IMG/VR virus record: IMGVR_UViG_3300020413_000018
Span: 1 to 43,130 of that record
Source: a virus
Lineage: Duplodnaviria > Caudoviricetes
Length of the DNA: 43,130 nt
Strand: one strand, 5' to 3'
Within the stretch, counting starts at the first letter, position 1, and each line of letters starts with the position of its first letter. A program made the translations under genes and the position numbers. The notes beneath the pieces are model-generated. The model was not told the DNA's origin. It saw nothing but the letters and a program-made list of their open reading frames with translations, and ran no database searches. Shown piece by piece: positions 8,065-20,900 of the stretch.

Positions 8065-8450
8065 TTGCGATTACCAAAGTATTGCGTCGCGCCACGTATG
8101 CCGAAGCTGGCTGCGACTACGCATCCCCAACTATAGATGAACCAATCGGGGGCTTGCTCCAATGCGGCGAAGCCGTCGAAGACTATGTCCCTGCCAGTCT
8201 CACCAGTGAAGCACACAATTATGGGAAGGCTCATCAGGATTGTAATATACTCATCCTTCCACGACGACTTGGAACCTTCGGCCATGATTTTTTCCCAGTT
8301 CGCTTCCGACTGGGCCTGCGACATAAGTATTTGGCTTTTGGCTTCTGCCTGTGTCACTTTCATCTTCGTCTCTGCCGCCTTAGTCTCCACTTTGCCTTGA
8401 AGCCATGTGCCAGCAAGACTAGCGAGCGGTCCTATAAGTGCTTGTATCAT
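8061..8450 (-). CDS. Holin-like membrane protein (GTA 3TM holin-type)
   Basis: Start MIQALIGP at ATG 8450 (ATGA overlap). WE..MA.GS..SWKDE, PDW and ASFGIRG motifs with hydrophobic helices. Confidence 0.75.
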   Translation of the reverse strand: MIQALIGPLASLAGTWLQGKVETKAAETKMKVTQAEAKSQILMSQAQSEANWEKIMAEGSKSSWKDEYITILMSLPIIVCFTGETGRDIVFDGFAALEQAPDWFIYSWGCVVAASFGIRGATQYFGNRK

Positions 8451-8647
8451 TTCTCCGACCCCAACCAAACAGCGAAAGCTCCAGTCATGGAGCCAGAACA
8501 TATTGAAATCATTGCAGATTGTTGCGTCGACAAGTCGTCGAGGGCCATTCCCCATTCCAGCACGCGGATATACATGATGGTCATAACCAGCATCATCAAT
8601 CTTGGCAGCAACTTGAACTCTAAAATCTTTTCAAACGTGAGCGTCAT
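8447..8647 (-). CDS. Small two-TM membrane protein (66 aa), holin/antiholin candidate
   Basis: Two hydrophobic segments; translationally coupled within the lysis cassette. Confidence 0.65.
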   Translation of the reverse strand: MTLTFEKILEFKLLPRLMMLVMTIMYIRVLEWGMALDDLSTQQSAMISICSGSMTGAFAVWLGSEK

Positions 8648-8904
8648 TCTTCAAATCCTTCTTTTAAACCTTCCATGATCTCTTTGACCGTTGGACGGCG
8701 CTTGGTGTTGGGCGAGTAACGACACTGAAACGACTTGGGACATTCCGTGTAGCTGAACGACGGGTAGTGATACGCCGTCGTTCGATTTGGGCCGAGATAG
8801 ATGCACACCATCTCGCCCGAAATTTTTGTGCGTCGTGCCAGTTGGCACGTCACATACTCTGGGTTCGCTAACCCAGCAATTAAGGCCGTTGAAAGAAGGA
8901 ACAT
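8644..8904 (-). CDS. Small exported Cys-rich protein (86 aa)
   Basis: Hydrophobic N-terminal signal-like segment and four Cys. TAATG coupling to the giant gene. Confidence 0.65.
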   Translation of the reverse strand: MFLLSTALIAGLANPEYVTCQLARRTKISGEMVCIYLGPNRTTAYHYPSFSYTECPKSFQCRYSPNTKRRPTVKEIMEGLKEGFEE

Positions 8905-11900
8905 TAGTCAAAGGTTCCTCCAAACAAAGAGCTGTTAAAATCGCTTGAACTTTTGGAGCCACCTGTATTTGGTTCACCACCTAAGTCTGCAAAGCCTTCA
9001 CGGACAGAGCTGACACCTCCAAGGATTGGCACTCGCATTGCGATAGAGCGTAACATTGCACGTCGTTTGCCAGTGTTCTCACCGTCTCCTGTGATAAAGT
9101 CTTGAACACCTGTTGCTACGTCTTTGACTGCTACGCCTGTACCTACCGCTGGGCCAAAGATACTAGAGGCAATGCGAACTGTACCATATGCACCATTATC
9201 TAGTTGTGCTGCCGAATTGTAGATCATCTCTGCAAACAGGCCGAGGCCACCAACAGCTAAAAGACCCTCAAAGTACAGACCCAAAAACTTATCTACGTCG
9301 TCGTCTTCTCTAGCGCCAAGAGACTGAGCAATAGACCATAACATTAAGCCGTTCGTGCCAGAGATTTTACGCTCTCGCAAAGCCATTGATCGTTCGTCTT
9401 CGCCGCCTCGCATCTGCGCCACGTCTTTTACCATTACCGAAGCAGCGCCCATGCCTACCCCAGCAGTGGATAAATAAATCATGGGCTTAAAGTTGCCGTT
9501 CTTTGCTTCTTTAAGAACGTAGCCGCTTAGTCTAGCCATCATTAAAGGGAATGATTTGAGCTGCCATAACATTGATTGCCAAGGGTTCTGCGCCCACAGC
9601 GGAGTATCATTCGGGTTGGGCATGAATACGCTTTCGTTTGTAAAACGCAGCATAGCCATTTGCACTTGCTGTTTGATGCCCTCTTCCCCCGGTGGAAGTT
9701 CGTCCAAACGTTTAGCGCCGTGCTTTAAAAAGTCGTAACCTACCCCGTCGCCTGTCAAACCGTACCTCGTAAGGTAGCGAACAGAAGTTTGGTAAGCACG
9801 ACTTCCAGCCTGACCTTCGGCACGCATCTTAATGGCCCTGTTTATTTCAGTCTTGAAACTTTCAAAGCCTACCATCGCGCTTACTTCACGGTTCATATTT
9901 GTCCATGCAGTCAAGCCAGTCAGGTTAAAGAAGGAGTTTGTAAACTTTTGATTACCAGCGCCAGAATGTTGTACCGCTCTGTCGTGCATAAGGTTTTCGA
10001 TGCCAACGCCAATATTACGCGCAGCTTCGCGGTACGAAGGATCGAACTTTGTATAGCCTCTCCACGCTTTGTAGAACGCTTTCATATCGCCACTGCGAAT
10101 AAGCGATAACACCATGTCAGGCATAGACGTTAGCGTTGTGAAACCAAGCAATGACACTGAGTTAAAGGCTTTCATGTTGCGGCTCACGACGTAACGCAAC
10201 TCGGTTCCATCACCGCCGTCTATCGAACGCTTGTTAAGCACGTTCATCATGTCACGCATTTTGCTTTCGTTAGAATTGCTGATGCGATTGTTTGCTGGGA
10301 AATCTATCATAGCGTTTATGATTGCATCGACGCGAATGTTGTAATTTGCGTTGTCTCTGTCGCTAGTCTCCACTGCATTGATAAGCATGGCCTTCGCACG
10401 GTGCTTGTTCTTCTTGCGGCTTTCGGGCGTGTCACCTAATTGCTCTTTTACATTCATCAGCAAGTTTTTTATTTCGTCGCCACGACCAACAACCCTTGGA
10501 ATTTTAACGTCGTCCACTTGCAGCGGTCCTTCCTTAGAGCCACCGTAAGCTGATGTATGTTTTTGCGATCTTAAAATTTCTACTGCGCGGTCAATGCCGT
10601 TGCCTTGACCACCCATTGTTGCACCACGAGCCACGTCTAAGTACGTGTCAAAGCCATGCCCGTTTAATCCAAACCTTTCTGTAAGAAGGCGCTTTCTTAT
10701 TGTGCGGTCAAAATATTTAGACATGATGCCTTGCAAGTCGGTGACTAAAAAGTTGTCCATCTCTGGCATGTCGCCGGGTTCTAGCATCAAGACACGAGGT
10801 GCAAATATGTTACCCAACGCTTTTTGAACATGCGTATCTACGGATGGGTCGTGTCCTTTTGTTAGGCGATAGTGGACGTTACTAGCTTTTTCTTCTAGCT
10901 CGCTCATTGAGTGACGTTTCTGACCTTGATAATCAGGCTTGTCTTGCTCGCGCCTAAAGTAATTTGTAAGTGCCTGCTTAAATCTATTAGGATTAGCCAG
11001 CAGTTCGTCTACGTCCCAGACTTGAGGAATGTAGAAGTCGTTTCCTAACTTGCGTGCGTCTCCAACGTTGATGCCAAGCGCACGCATCTTGCCAAGCTCC
11101 GCTTCAAACAGCCTGCCAATCTCACTGGCAACTTCTCGTTCGGCCTCGCTTAACTGTTGGACTGCTCCACGACCACGACGCAGTGCGCTAATAATTCTTT
11201 TGTGGCTTGCAGGCTGCTTTACATCTTTGAGCAACAAGCCACGGTTTCGGTTTGCCCATTGCGACAACCGACCACCAGCGTCTGGTAGTTTATTGAGCTT
11301 GCGGAAAGTTTCATTGATTGTGTTGTGCAGTTCTACGTCGTGCTGTTCATAAAACCCGCTGCCGTTCTCAGGTTTTATTTTATCTGCATACCAGTTTGCG
11401 CCGACGTTGCGGAAATGAGCAGCGTTCTCAGAAAAGAAATTCACAACCGAAGAAAGTTTACTTACTTTTTGTTGGTCTTGTTCGGTTAAGTCTTGCTTTT
11501 TAAATATTTTGCCGAGCGTCGGTACAAGCTGTGCTGGCAGCTCAAGCTTCTGGCCTTCATTAACTAAGTTGGCAAAGTATCCCGGTGGAACTTCGCCATT
11601 TAATACGGCCATTTCTTCTGCTAACGAGCCACCCATTTTGCGCTCAAAATTTCTAGTCGGGTTAGAAGAGTAACTAGCATCGACGGGGGTAAAGCCACCT
11701 TCAGCTTTACGAACCGCCGAAGAAGCAAACACAACATCACCTATGTCTGTTTCAAGAGCGTCATACCCTTGGCCTTGCATAAACTTATTAAAGTTTTGGC
11801 GTGCTTTCAGTCCGTTCTGCGCTGTGCCGTGCTTCACCATAAGCCCTGCATCGCCAGTCAAGGTACGATGCAGTGCTGCTCCTGAGAACGTGCTAGAAGC

Positions 11901-14900
11901 AGTGTCCATTAGTTCCTCAACAGCATTAAAGTTCAAAAGTTTTGCTTGAACCATGCGGCCAATTAAATACGCAATGTTATCTTGAGCGTCGTTACTAAAC
12001 GAGTAGACAGACTGGCTAGTCAGATCAAACGGCGAGGACATTTTTGCAAACACTGGTGTAACTTTTGGCTGAACCAATGAACTGTCGAGACTATTCAAAT
12101 GACGCCAATGCCTGTCTTGAAGAGTGAGCAATCTTTTAAGCTCATGATTGACGACGCCATTTTGATCTTGGCTTCTATTCAAAAGATCAAGAATACTTTC
12201 GCGGTAATACACAATGTGTTCAGCCGAAAGCATACCGCCATCTATTTCAATGTCTGACAAAGATGATGACCGTAAGACGCTTTCGGTTTGCTGCATAAAG
12301 TCTTCAGCGTCAAACTCAGCATCAGCTTCTGTTGCCCTAGACATATAAACGCCATCACCATATGGCCCATCAGTCGTTCTAGTAATCCCTTCAACGTTAG
12401 TGTTAGGGGATTTGTTGAAGCGAAGGTGTTCGCCTATATCCGTAAAGAGACTAGAGCCTAAAAAAGTGCGAACAGTTGCTTGCATTTTTTCAGACATAGA
12501 CGTCACTAGCTCACGACCATAGCGAGGGGCAATGATGGGAGATATTACATTTGGACTTACTGCTTTGGTCGCCATCAAAACAGGGGTCCGAGCTATGGCA
12601 ACTTCTTCTTTAGTGGGCGACAGCAAGAATATGGCTTCGCCGCTATTAAAATACTTGTTCGCTTCGTCGTAATCTCTCTTGAAGGCTATAGTGTCTTTGG
12701 GGAACGCAAGTATGTCGTGCGTAAGATCAAAGACTATCTGGCCTATTTCTTTTAAGCCATTCTCTACGTCAGCAACGGCAAACTTGGGCGGGTCATAAGT
12801 AAACGTGCCTCCCAACGCTTGATTTTGCGAGCTGTCTTCGTATTGCCTTTTCAGCAAAGTCTTTAGCCTGTCGTCAACAGTGTCCGTCTTGCCGATGTCT
12901 GGTTTCACCCCAGAGTTTGTCTGGCGCATAGCGCGAGTGATAAATAAATCTAAAGTTGCGTCTGGTCTCGTGTTTGACTGTGCGTAGCTAACTTGTGCAG
13001 CATCGAAGATGTCTTGTTGCTGTTTTTCTGGCAGCATACGATACGCCATCATATACATGTCAGGCAAAACGTCTTCGTACAATATTGATTGAAGGTCGGC
13101 TTTTCGTTTGTCTAACTCTGTCGATGATTTTGCTTTGAATGAACGTGCATCATTTGCTCGTGTAATTTTAACTGCTAGTTTGCGTAATGTTGTTCGCATT
13201 TCTTTAAACAATGGGGTGTCGTGAGAAAGAACGACTTCGTTTCCGTCGTCATCTACACGATTTGGCCCCATGCCTGTGATGACATGCGCTGTGTACTCAG
13301 TGTCAATTACGTCTCCCCGCTCTGTTCGTTGTGAAACCCCAGCGTTGTGAAACGCTGTATACAAAGACTGAAGTACGCTCTCTACGTCTTTTCTACGGTG
13401 CGTCATTGCACCTTTAGATACCTCTACAGCAAGTGGTGTATCAGTAGAGGGTTGATCGGTTGGGGTGTAAGTGCCTTCAGATTTAACGCCAATGTTTCTT
13501 GGGTCCGTTTTCCAGCGCAAAGCAATTTGAACCCAAAGTGGGTCGCCTAGTTCTGCTGCTGCTTTTGCTAGTCTTTGAACTATTAAATGCTTCTGCCCCC
13601 CTTCAGACATAGCAACAAGTTCAGCAAGAATTTTCTGTGCAAACTCGCCACGAGCCATTGCTGTTTGATATAACTCTTTCAACGTAGGCACAGCCGAAAG
13701 GTCTGGGCGAGCGCCTAGTTCATTTATAGATTGAATAACTGATGTAAGAGTAGCCCTGTCATCCAAGATATGCCGTTGCAACGCTTCAAGTGGGGCGACT
13801 GGAACAGCCAGCTCGTCTACCATATTTGCTAAGTCGTCTGGGTCAACATCAGCTATGTTAAGCCCGTCTCTGTTGTACTGAGCAACAATTAAATCTAACG
13901 CTTCCTTCTTAGACTGGAAATCAGCAGCGTCTTGACGTGCAACTGCTTTAAACTTTTCTGAGGTTCTGTTTATTTTTCTTACTTCAGCTCTCCCTTGAAA
14001 GTTTATTCCAAGGTACAAGTCGGTGGTCGCATCTCTGGGCATTTGCCTGTTAAATTTTGCAAGCATTGCCCTGTTCATAACGTCGATAGCGTTGTTTAGG
14101 TTAGTCGCAAGAACATCCATTTCTTGAATAATTCTTTCGTCCAAATTAGAGTAAGGACTGTCTTGCCTAATCTTGGCTTCTGTAGCTTCTGTCGTAGTAG
14201 CACCGCTGTCGAGCAGCTTACGGATTTCGTCGTCTCCTTTTTTAGTGTCTTCGACGTCTGGATTAAATGCTCTTTTGTTTTTAGTCAGAGTATCTAAAAA
14301 GTCGTAGACTTTGCGCTGCGCCCGTAACAGTGTCTCTCTTTGAGGCGTTCTATCCATAAGCATAAAACGAGCATTACCGCTCCCCGCCTGATTGGGATTA
14401 AAGAAGTGCCGATGATTGCCAGCTTTGCCGCCGAACATTCCGAACACTTTGTGCATTACGTCTTCCATGTCTGTTGCCAATGACAAGCTGTCATCCAGAC
14501 TAGAAGGTGTACGCATTTTTGCGCCTAATAGTTTAAGTCGTGCTGTATCTAGCAGCTCAATTTTTTCGCCAAGAACGGCTGCTACGTTTTGCGCTCGACC
14601 TTCTACTGCGGGTTTGCCGTACTTGGCTCCCATTGCTCGCAAATGTGCAAAACGACTAATGCCGACATTCATTCTTCCTGTTGTAGGATCAGGCTCCAAC
14701 ACTGGCATGTGCTTTTGAAAGATTGGAATTAAGTCAGGGTCTAACTGGACCCCTCTAGCTTCCCGTCCCAGAAGATTGTTAAGCAACATAGTGCCAAGCT
14801 GGGCTATTTTACCCCAAAGACTTATGTTGTTTACCTGTCCATTAGACGTAACCCATGTAAGAAACTGATTAGCAAAATACTCAGCAGGAGAACTTAAAGA

Positions 14901-17900
14901 GTTCTTAAATAACTGAGGATCAACTGAGCCATTTGCTACTAGGTCTAAGTCAAGCTCGCCATTTGCTTCAGCATCACCGTAAAACTTTTCCATTGCCGAC
15001 CAGAACTGGAACTTGTCTGTCTCGTCTAACACGTTTGCGTACAGCCAATGGGCCGTTTCGTGTATGACAGTGGCTGTGATAGGGGTGTGCCGTTTGTTAC
15101 CAGCCGCTATCTGTTCTTTGTCGAGGAATACACGATTACGCTTACTGCCAAAGTCTGTGTATGACGGAACAAATTCATTAACATCACCCGCTTCAATTAA
15201 AGGCGACTTGCCTGTAAACGTGTAAAGGTTTTCTAAGAAAGAAAGTGATGCCGCCAAGTCGTCTGGCGCATGTTCGGCCATAACCTTTTGAAGCTGATTG
15301 TAGTTGTTTTTTACGCTGTAAGCTACGGGACGTTTGATCCCGTTCTTTGCAGACGAGTTCATTAAGGCAGCTACTGCTGACCTTACTTTCATAAAGTTTT
15401 TGTATGCGTTATTAGTTTTTAGTGATTGCCACGAAAGATTTTCTAGCTTGAACATGTTGTCGTTCAATGCGCCAATCGTCATTGGCGCGTCTTGGCCAAA
15501 GGCTTCTTTGTAGATTGCAAGGTTTTCCGCAGAGCCTTGGATTGGGTTGTCTTTTATTTTATCTAAGTCTGCGGCTTTAGTCTTCTTTTCAGCGACGTTA
15601 CTTCCATCAGGAACAATGTTAGCAGCTTTTGCCAGTTCCGCGTCGGCGTCGGCAACAGTAACTAACTGCCCGTTCCTATTATAGAAACTATCGTTTGGGT
15701 CCATAGGACGGAAAGTTTCAATAAGCTGGTCTTTGCGAGAAACACCTGTTGCTGGCAAGTCTACGTGTCCGAAGATAAACTTGTAGCGAGAACTGTTTTT
15801 TAACATGTCGCCTGCGCTTTGCGGCTTCTTCATGCTGGTTGCTCGCACGCTGCCTTTGAGCTTAGACGTTTCATCCACAATTTGAATTGCAAACATTTTG
15901 CCTGTCGGGATTTGACTTGCGTAGTATTCACCGTTGTGTGTCAGTGGGTCGTCGGGATTAACAGGCTTTGCTGGTGTATCCAGAGGCGTTTCATTTTTTT
16001 GATTGTTTGGTGTTTGCGGCTTATTTTGACCATAGGTCTCAGACAGATTGTGGTCGATTGGGTATTGAGTTCCAACTTGCCCATCCTTGCGGCGATACTT
16101 GTTGGGCATTTGATCTGCGACTTTATTAAAGCTCTCTCTAAACATTGGAAGCAAGTCGTCTATCAAGTCTATTCGTTGGTCGTATACGCGAACCCTGCCA
16201 TTTCCTGATCGTGTGAATACTGCTTTGCCGTCTGGCATTGTCTCAACTGTGCCAAGCGTAAAGCCTTCAAATTTTATTCTAGTTTTGCCATCGCCTAAGT
16301 CGGCGTAATCCAAGTCGTTGAACAAATCTATTTCGATGCCGTCAATCACACGGATGTAAGGTGGCCGACCTTTAGGCGTGCTTGGCATATTGTCTGGTGT
16401 TTTGACAGGCTTAGTCTTAGCTCTGTAATGGTCTTCGATTTTTTTAATTTCTACTTTAAGCCACTCGTTAGACAAACCTTGCTCACGTTTAATAGCCAGC
16501 AAATCGGCAATGGCTTCGCCTCTTTCGACTGAAGCACCTTCTTCTTGCATGACGGTGTCGGCTGCTTTTTTAGCAGCTTTCTTAACAGATGGGGGGATGC
16601 GCCTGCCTTGCTCAGGATCAATGCCAGCCATTGCTGCGTAGTCTTCGTCGGTCAATTCGGGGCCGTTGTATGCGCGATTATTAAGTTCAGCAGTTACCGC
16701 TGCATTAAACGCATCAGCTTCAAGTTGATCGCGTAACTCAGGATCAGTAATGTGGTCAAATGTTATAAGCTCTTGATCGACAGATACGCCTCGTCTTTCG
16801 TTATAAGCCGCTTCTTGTGCTGCGTCTCTGGTAGCTTGATCGCCTTCTGCTCTATCACGAGCAAATTTTATACGCGCTGCTTTTGCACGCTCTTTGCCGG
16901 GAGCTGAAATAATTGCATCAGCCTTGTTGGGGTCTACTTTTGCCCCTGTGTCTAATGCTTCTTGTAGTGTCTTGCCTAGCCTTGTTAGCTGGTCACGCAT
17001 CCGGTCAAACTCGACAGGCTCTAAAGCAACCTTTTCTCCTGTTCTAGCCAGCGAGCCATCAGATTGTTTTTCAAGTTTGCCTCTGGTCACGTCTTGCAGT
17101 TTATTTCGCAAGACGTTGTATTCTGTTTGCAGATCAGCCAAGCCACTGTCTTCAAGGTATTTAACCTTGTTGTCAGCAGCCGCCTCTTTTTTAGTCGAGC
17201 TGTTTAAGTCCGAAACAATACCCTTTAATGCTCTCCGCATAACTTGCGCGTCTGTAATCACAGAAGCATCATCAGTAGAGTTTACCAGTGCCTGTCGTGC
17301 GAATTGTAACTGCGTAGAATTAACTAGAATTTGCGTGCTTTTCTTTAAGCTAGGGTCATTTATTTCAAACGTTGCCAGCTTTAGTCGGCTGTGCAGCGCA
17401 TCAACCTCGTCTTGGGCCTTCTGTATTTTTTGTGGGTCAGCAACTGGGTCTGGATTTTTTTTAGTCGGCCTCGGATTTTGAGCGTTCTTTAATTTATTTA
17501 AAGCCTTGTCTAACTGTTTGATTGCGTCCATTCGCGGAGCAGTGTACGGCAAATTCCTTTGAGCTTTTACAGGATTGTTTACACGTTGCTCACTTGCTGC
17601 ATCTATAGCGCCATCAAGTATTTGCATTTTTGCTGTGACGTGGCTGCTGAGTATTTCAACTTTACCTGTCTGGCCATTACGAACACGAGTTTTTTGAAAT
17701 AGTTTCCCGCCTTTTCCTTTATTAAATATTTTTTGTAGCTGAGCCGTGGTAGTCTTACCTTCTTGAGTTTTACCCCAAACTGTTATTTTACCTGTGGCTT
17801 GTTGTTGAGAATACCCAATGTGTGAGCCATCGCCTCTTGCTGCTGCATTTTCGCTTACATCTATGCCAGCCGAAGTTCTGTAGTTGCCTTGGTCAGTTCT

Positions 17901-20900
17901 AACTTTGACATTGCCTTTTCGTTTGTCGGTTTGATTGTAAGCTAAACGATCTAGTTTCTTAGCGCTGTCAGTTCGTTCGCCTGCTCTTTCGCCGTACATA
18001 TACGTCTCGTCATCTAAGCTACGTCGTCCTATATTAATGTACGTCTGACGGCTACGTTGGAGCTTGGCGTTGCGCTCATCTAAAATATTAATAATGTCCG
18101 ACACTCGTGTGTTGTCTTTAAAACCATACTTGCGAATAAGTCTCGCAATATCTGCACGAGCAGCAAGGTGTGCTTCTTGCGATGGTGATGCAACTTTGCC
18201 TTCCGAGTTGATTACATAACGAATACGTTCTGCACCTAGTGTGCCGCCAACAGGATCGCCGCCGGGACTAGCGAGTATATTGCCAAAGTCGTAACCCTTT
18301 AACTGAAACGTCCTTTGCTCAATGCTAGTCTTGTATTGTTTTCCAGCCGCTTTCTCAGCTAGTGATGGTTTGAATGTGTCTAGCATCTTTTGGAGTGCTT
18401 TATTAAATGCCCTGCGCGTCTCCCGATTAATTTCGATGTCTTGAGAAATGGCGTCTTGGTTGCGTGCAACAAAGTTACCTTCGTTACGCATCCAGCGATC
18501 TGCTTTTTGTGCTGCAAGTTCTTCGACGGTAGCTTTTGCAGTTGCCAAATCCACCTTGCCGCTTGCAAGCAAACTTTTTAGGTATTCTTCTTTAAATTGA
18601 TTTAGCTCATTCCCCATTGAGCTGGGCAAGTCTTGAATGAATTTGTTTATTTGTTCCTTCTTAGAAGGGGTAAATTCAACACGTTGTGTTTTTGGGGTGG
18701 CGGCTGTTGCTTCAGCAATATCGGCCATCTCTTCGCCGAAGTCTTTTCTCATAGACGTGATCGCTGCGTCTGGTAACAGACCGTCGTCTATAATTCTATC
18801 GGTGTAAATCTGGCTTGCTTGATCGTTTATCCAAGCATCGTATTCTTTTAAAGCTGGCTCAAAATATGCCGCTGGGTTATCGTAAATCTCTTTTTGCTTT
18901 CCTTCTAAAATAGTTTCAAAAACTACTCTATTATAAGCGCCTTCTTGCAAGTCGTTTATAATTATCATAGCGTCACGTCGCCCAAGGAACCCGGCTGTTA
19001 TCTCCCGCATTTTAGAAATACGTGCGGCTTTAGCGGCTTTGGAATTTCCTTTTCCAGCCGCGTTGACTTGTGCCGCTAGTTGCTTGCTCGTTAAATTCCC
19101 ACCTAGATTATCGACCAGCCAATCTAATAAGCCCTGCCTTGTTTCAGCCTTAGTCGCGTTAGCAATTAGCTCCTCAAACACTACGTCGTCTGATGGTGTC
19201 ACTGCTTCTTCTGGGGTGCTATCGACAGGAGCTGGTCCCTCTTCTCCAGCGTCTGGCTCACCTGATCCCCAAGAAGATTTAGCTTTTGCTGCGTGTCTTT
19301 CTGCTCGTTCGTTTTGAAAACGAGCAGTCTCTTCAGCGTTTCGGGTCTTTAGCTCTTCAACTATTTTACGCTGCTTGTCTGCCGCTTCAGTAGCTTCATT
19401 TAATGCTGCTCTTTTTTCATTATAACTTTTTAATTCGGGGCTGTCTGGTTCGCTTACCACTTTTTCTATTGGATCGCCTTCAGCCGTCGTGCCAATCTGC
19501 TCTTTCCTTAATCCACGATCTGCTTCAATTACTTCTCTGTTAGCTTCTGCAACAACTTCGTCTAGCTCTTGTTGCTTTTGGTTAGCTACGTCAACTTCTG
19601 CACGCATAGAAGCCTCAATCTTGGCCTCTCTCTCTGCAAGTGCAGCTTCGTTAGCATCTGATAAAGTCTGACCAGCCGTCTCGCTCGCTTGGTCGCCGCC
19701 TGTAAGGTTTTCGCCTCTGCTCGTGCGCCCAAGAACTGCACCTACGCGATTATCTACGTCCTCGACCAAGGCTTTCCCCATGCCAGACGTGTGGTTCTCT
19801 GCGACAAAACCCTCTCCAACTTTAGCTTCTGGGTCATTGTCCATTGCAGTAGCAACAGTTGGGTCAACACCAATAAGTTTTTGTTGCTCGGTTAAGTCTT
19901 CCAGCAACTTAATGTCTGCGTCTGCCGTTCCTTGGTTTGGGCTATCAATAATCTGTAGCTGAACTTCGATGTTGTCTGCCACGGCGCGATGACGTGCCGC
20001 CAAGTCGCGTGCTGCTGCAATCTTTGTTTCGTCGCCACCAGCAGATACCATTTTGTCAGCATCAGCGTCGTACTTTGCAGCAAGACCCACGCTATCGTTC
20101 ATAGCTTTGACAGCGTTATCAAAACGTTGAGACGCTGTTGTCTCAACCCCTGCTGAATTGGAAACGTTAATGGTCGAAGTGTCTTCAGCATCAAGCCCTT
20201 CTTCCATAACTTGAGATTGTAGCTCTTGCGTCCTTTGATGAGCTGCACGAGCTGTAAAGGCTTCCGTCAAGCGTGCCTTGTTTGCCGCTGTTCCGATGCC
20301 TTGCGGAGCTTCTGGCTCTACGTTTGCTGCCGCTTCTGCCGCTTGTGCCTCTGCTGTCTTGCGTGCGTCTGCTGCTGATCGGAAGGCAGAAGCACGGCCA
20401 GACCTAATGCCGCGAGAAATCATGCTGCCTCTGGAAAACCCTTTGGCCATTGGATTGTATAACGCCTTTGGCGTTACCGCACCCGCAAGACCAAAGCCTG
20501 CACCAAAGCCTGCGCCAAGAGCAGCGCCAACGCCTACCGCTGCGCCTGTTTGTAAAAGACTGTACTTGTCCTGTATGCCGACTTCTATGTTACGAGCCTG
20601 CGTACCTATGTCGTGTACGCCTTCTACTAGACCCCCAGCTAATGCTTCTGCTGTACCACCTTTAATTATACCAGCTTTAACGCCTGCACTTCTGGCTCTT
20701 TTAATTGCTGACTGCGTAGCAGCAGAAGAAACTTTTCCTGTGCCAGCTTTCGCCATAACGCCAGCAGCAGCAGAACGCGCTGCTACGCCACCAGAACCAA
20801 AGCCAACAACGTTAATAATGTCGAGAAGACCAGCCGCTGCGTTTGTTCGGAAACCTTGCCACCCATCACCGCCATCTTCGTAAAAATCAGGCATGGCGTC

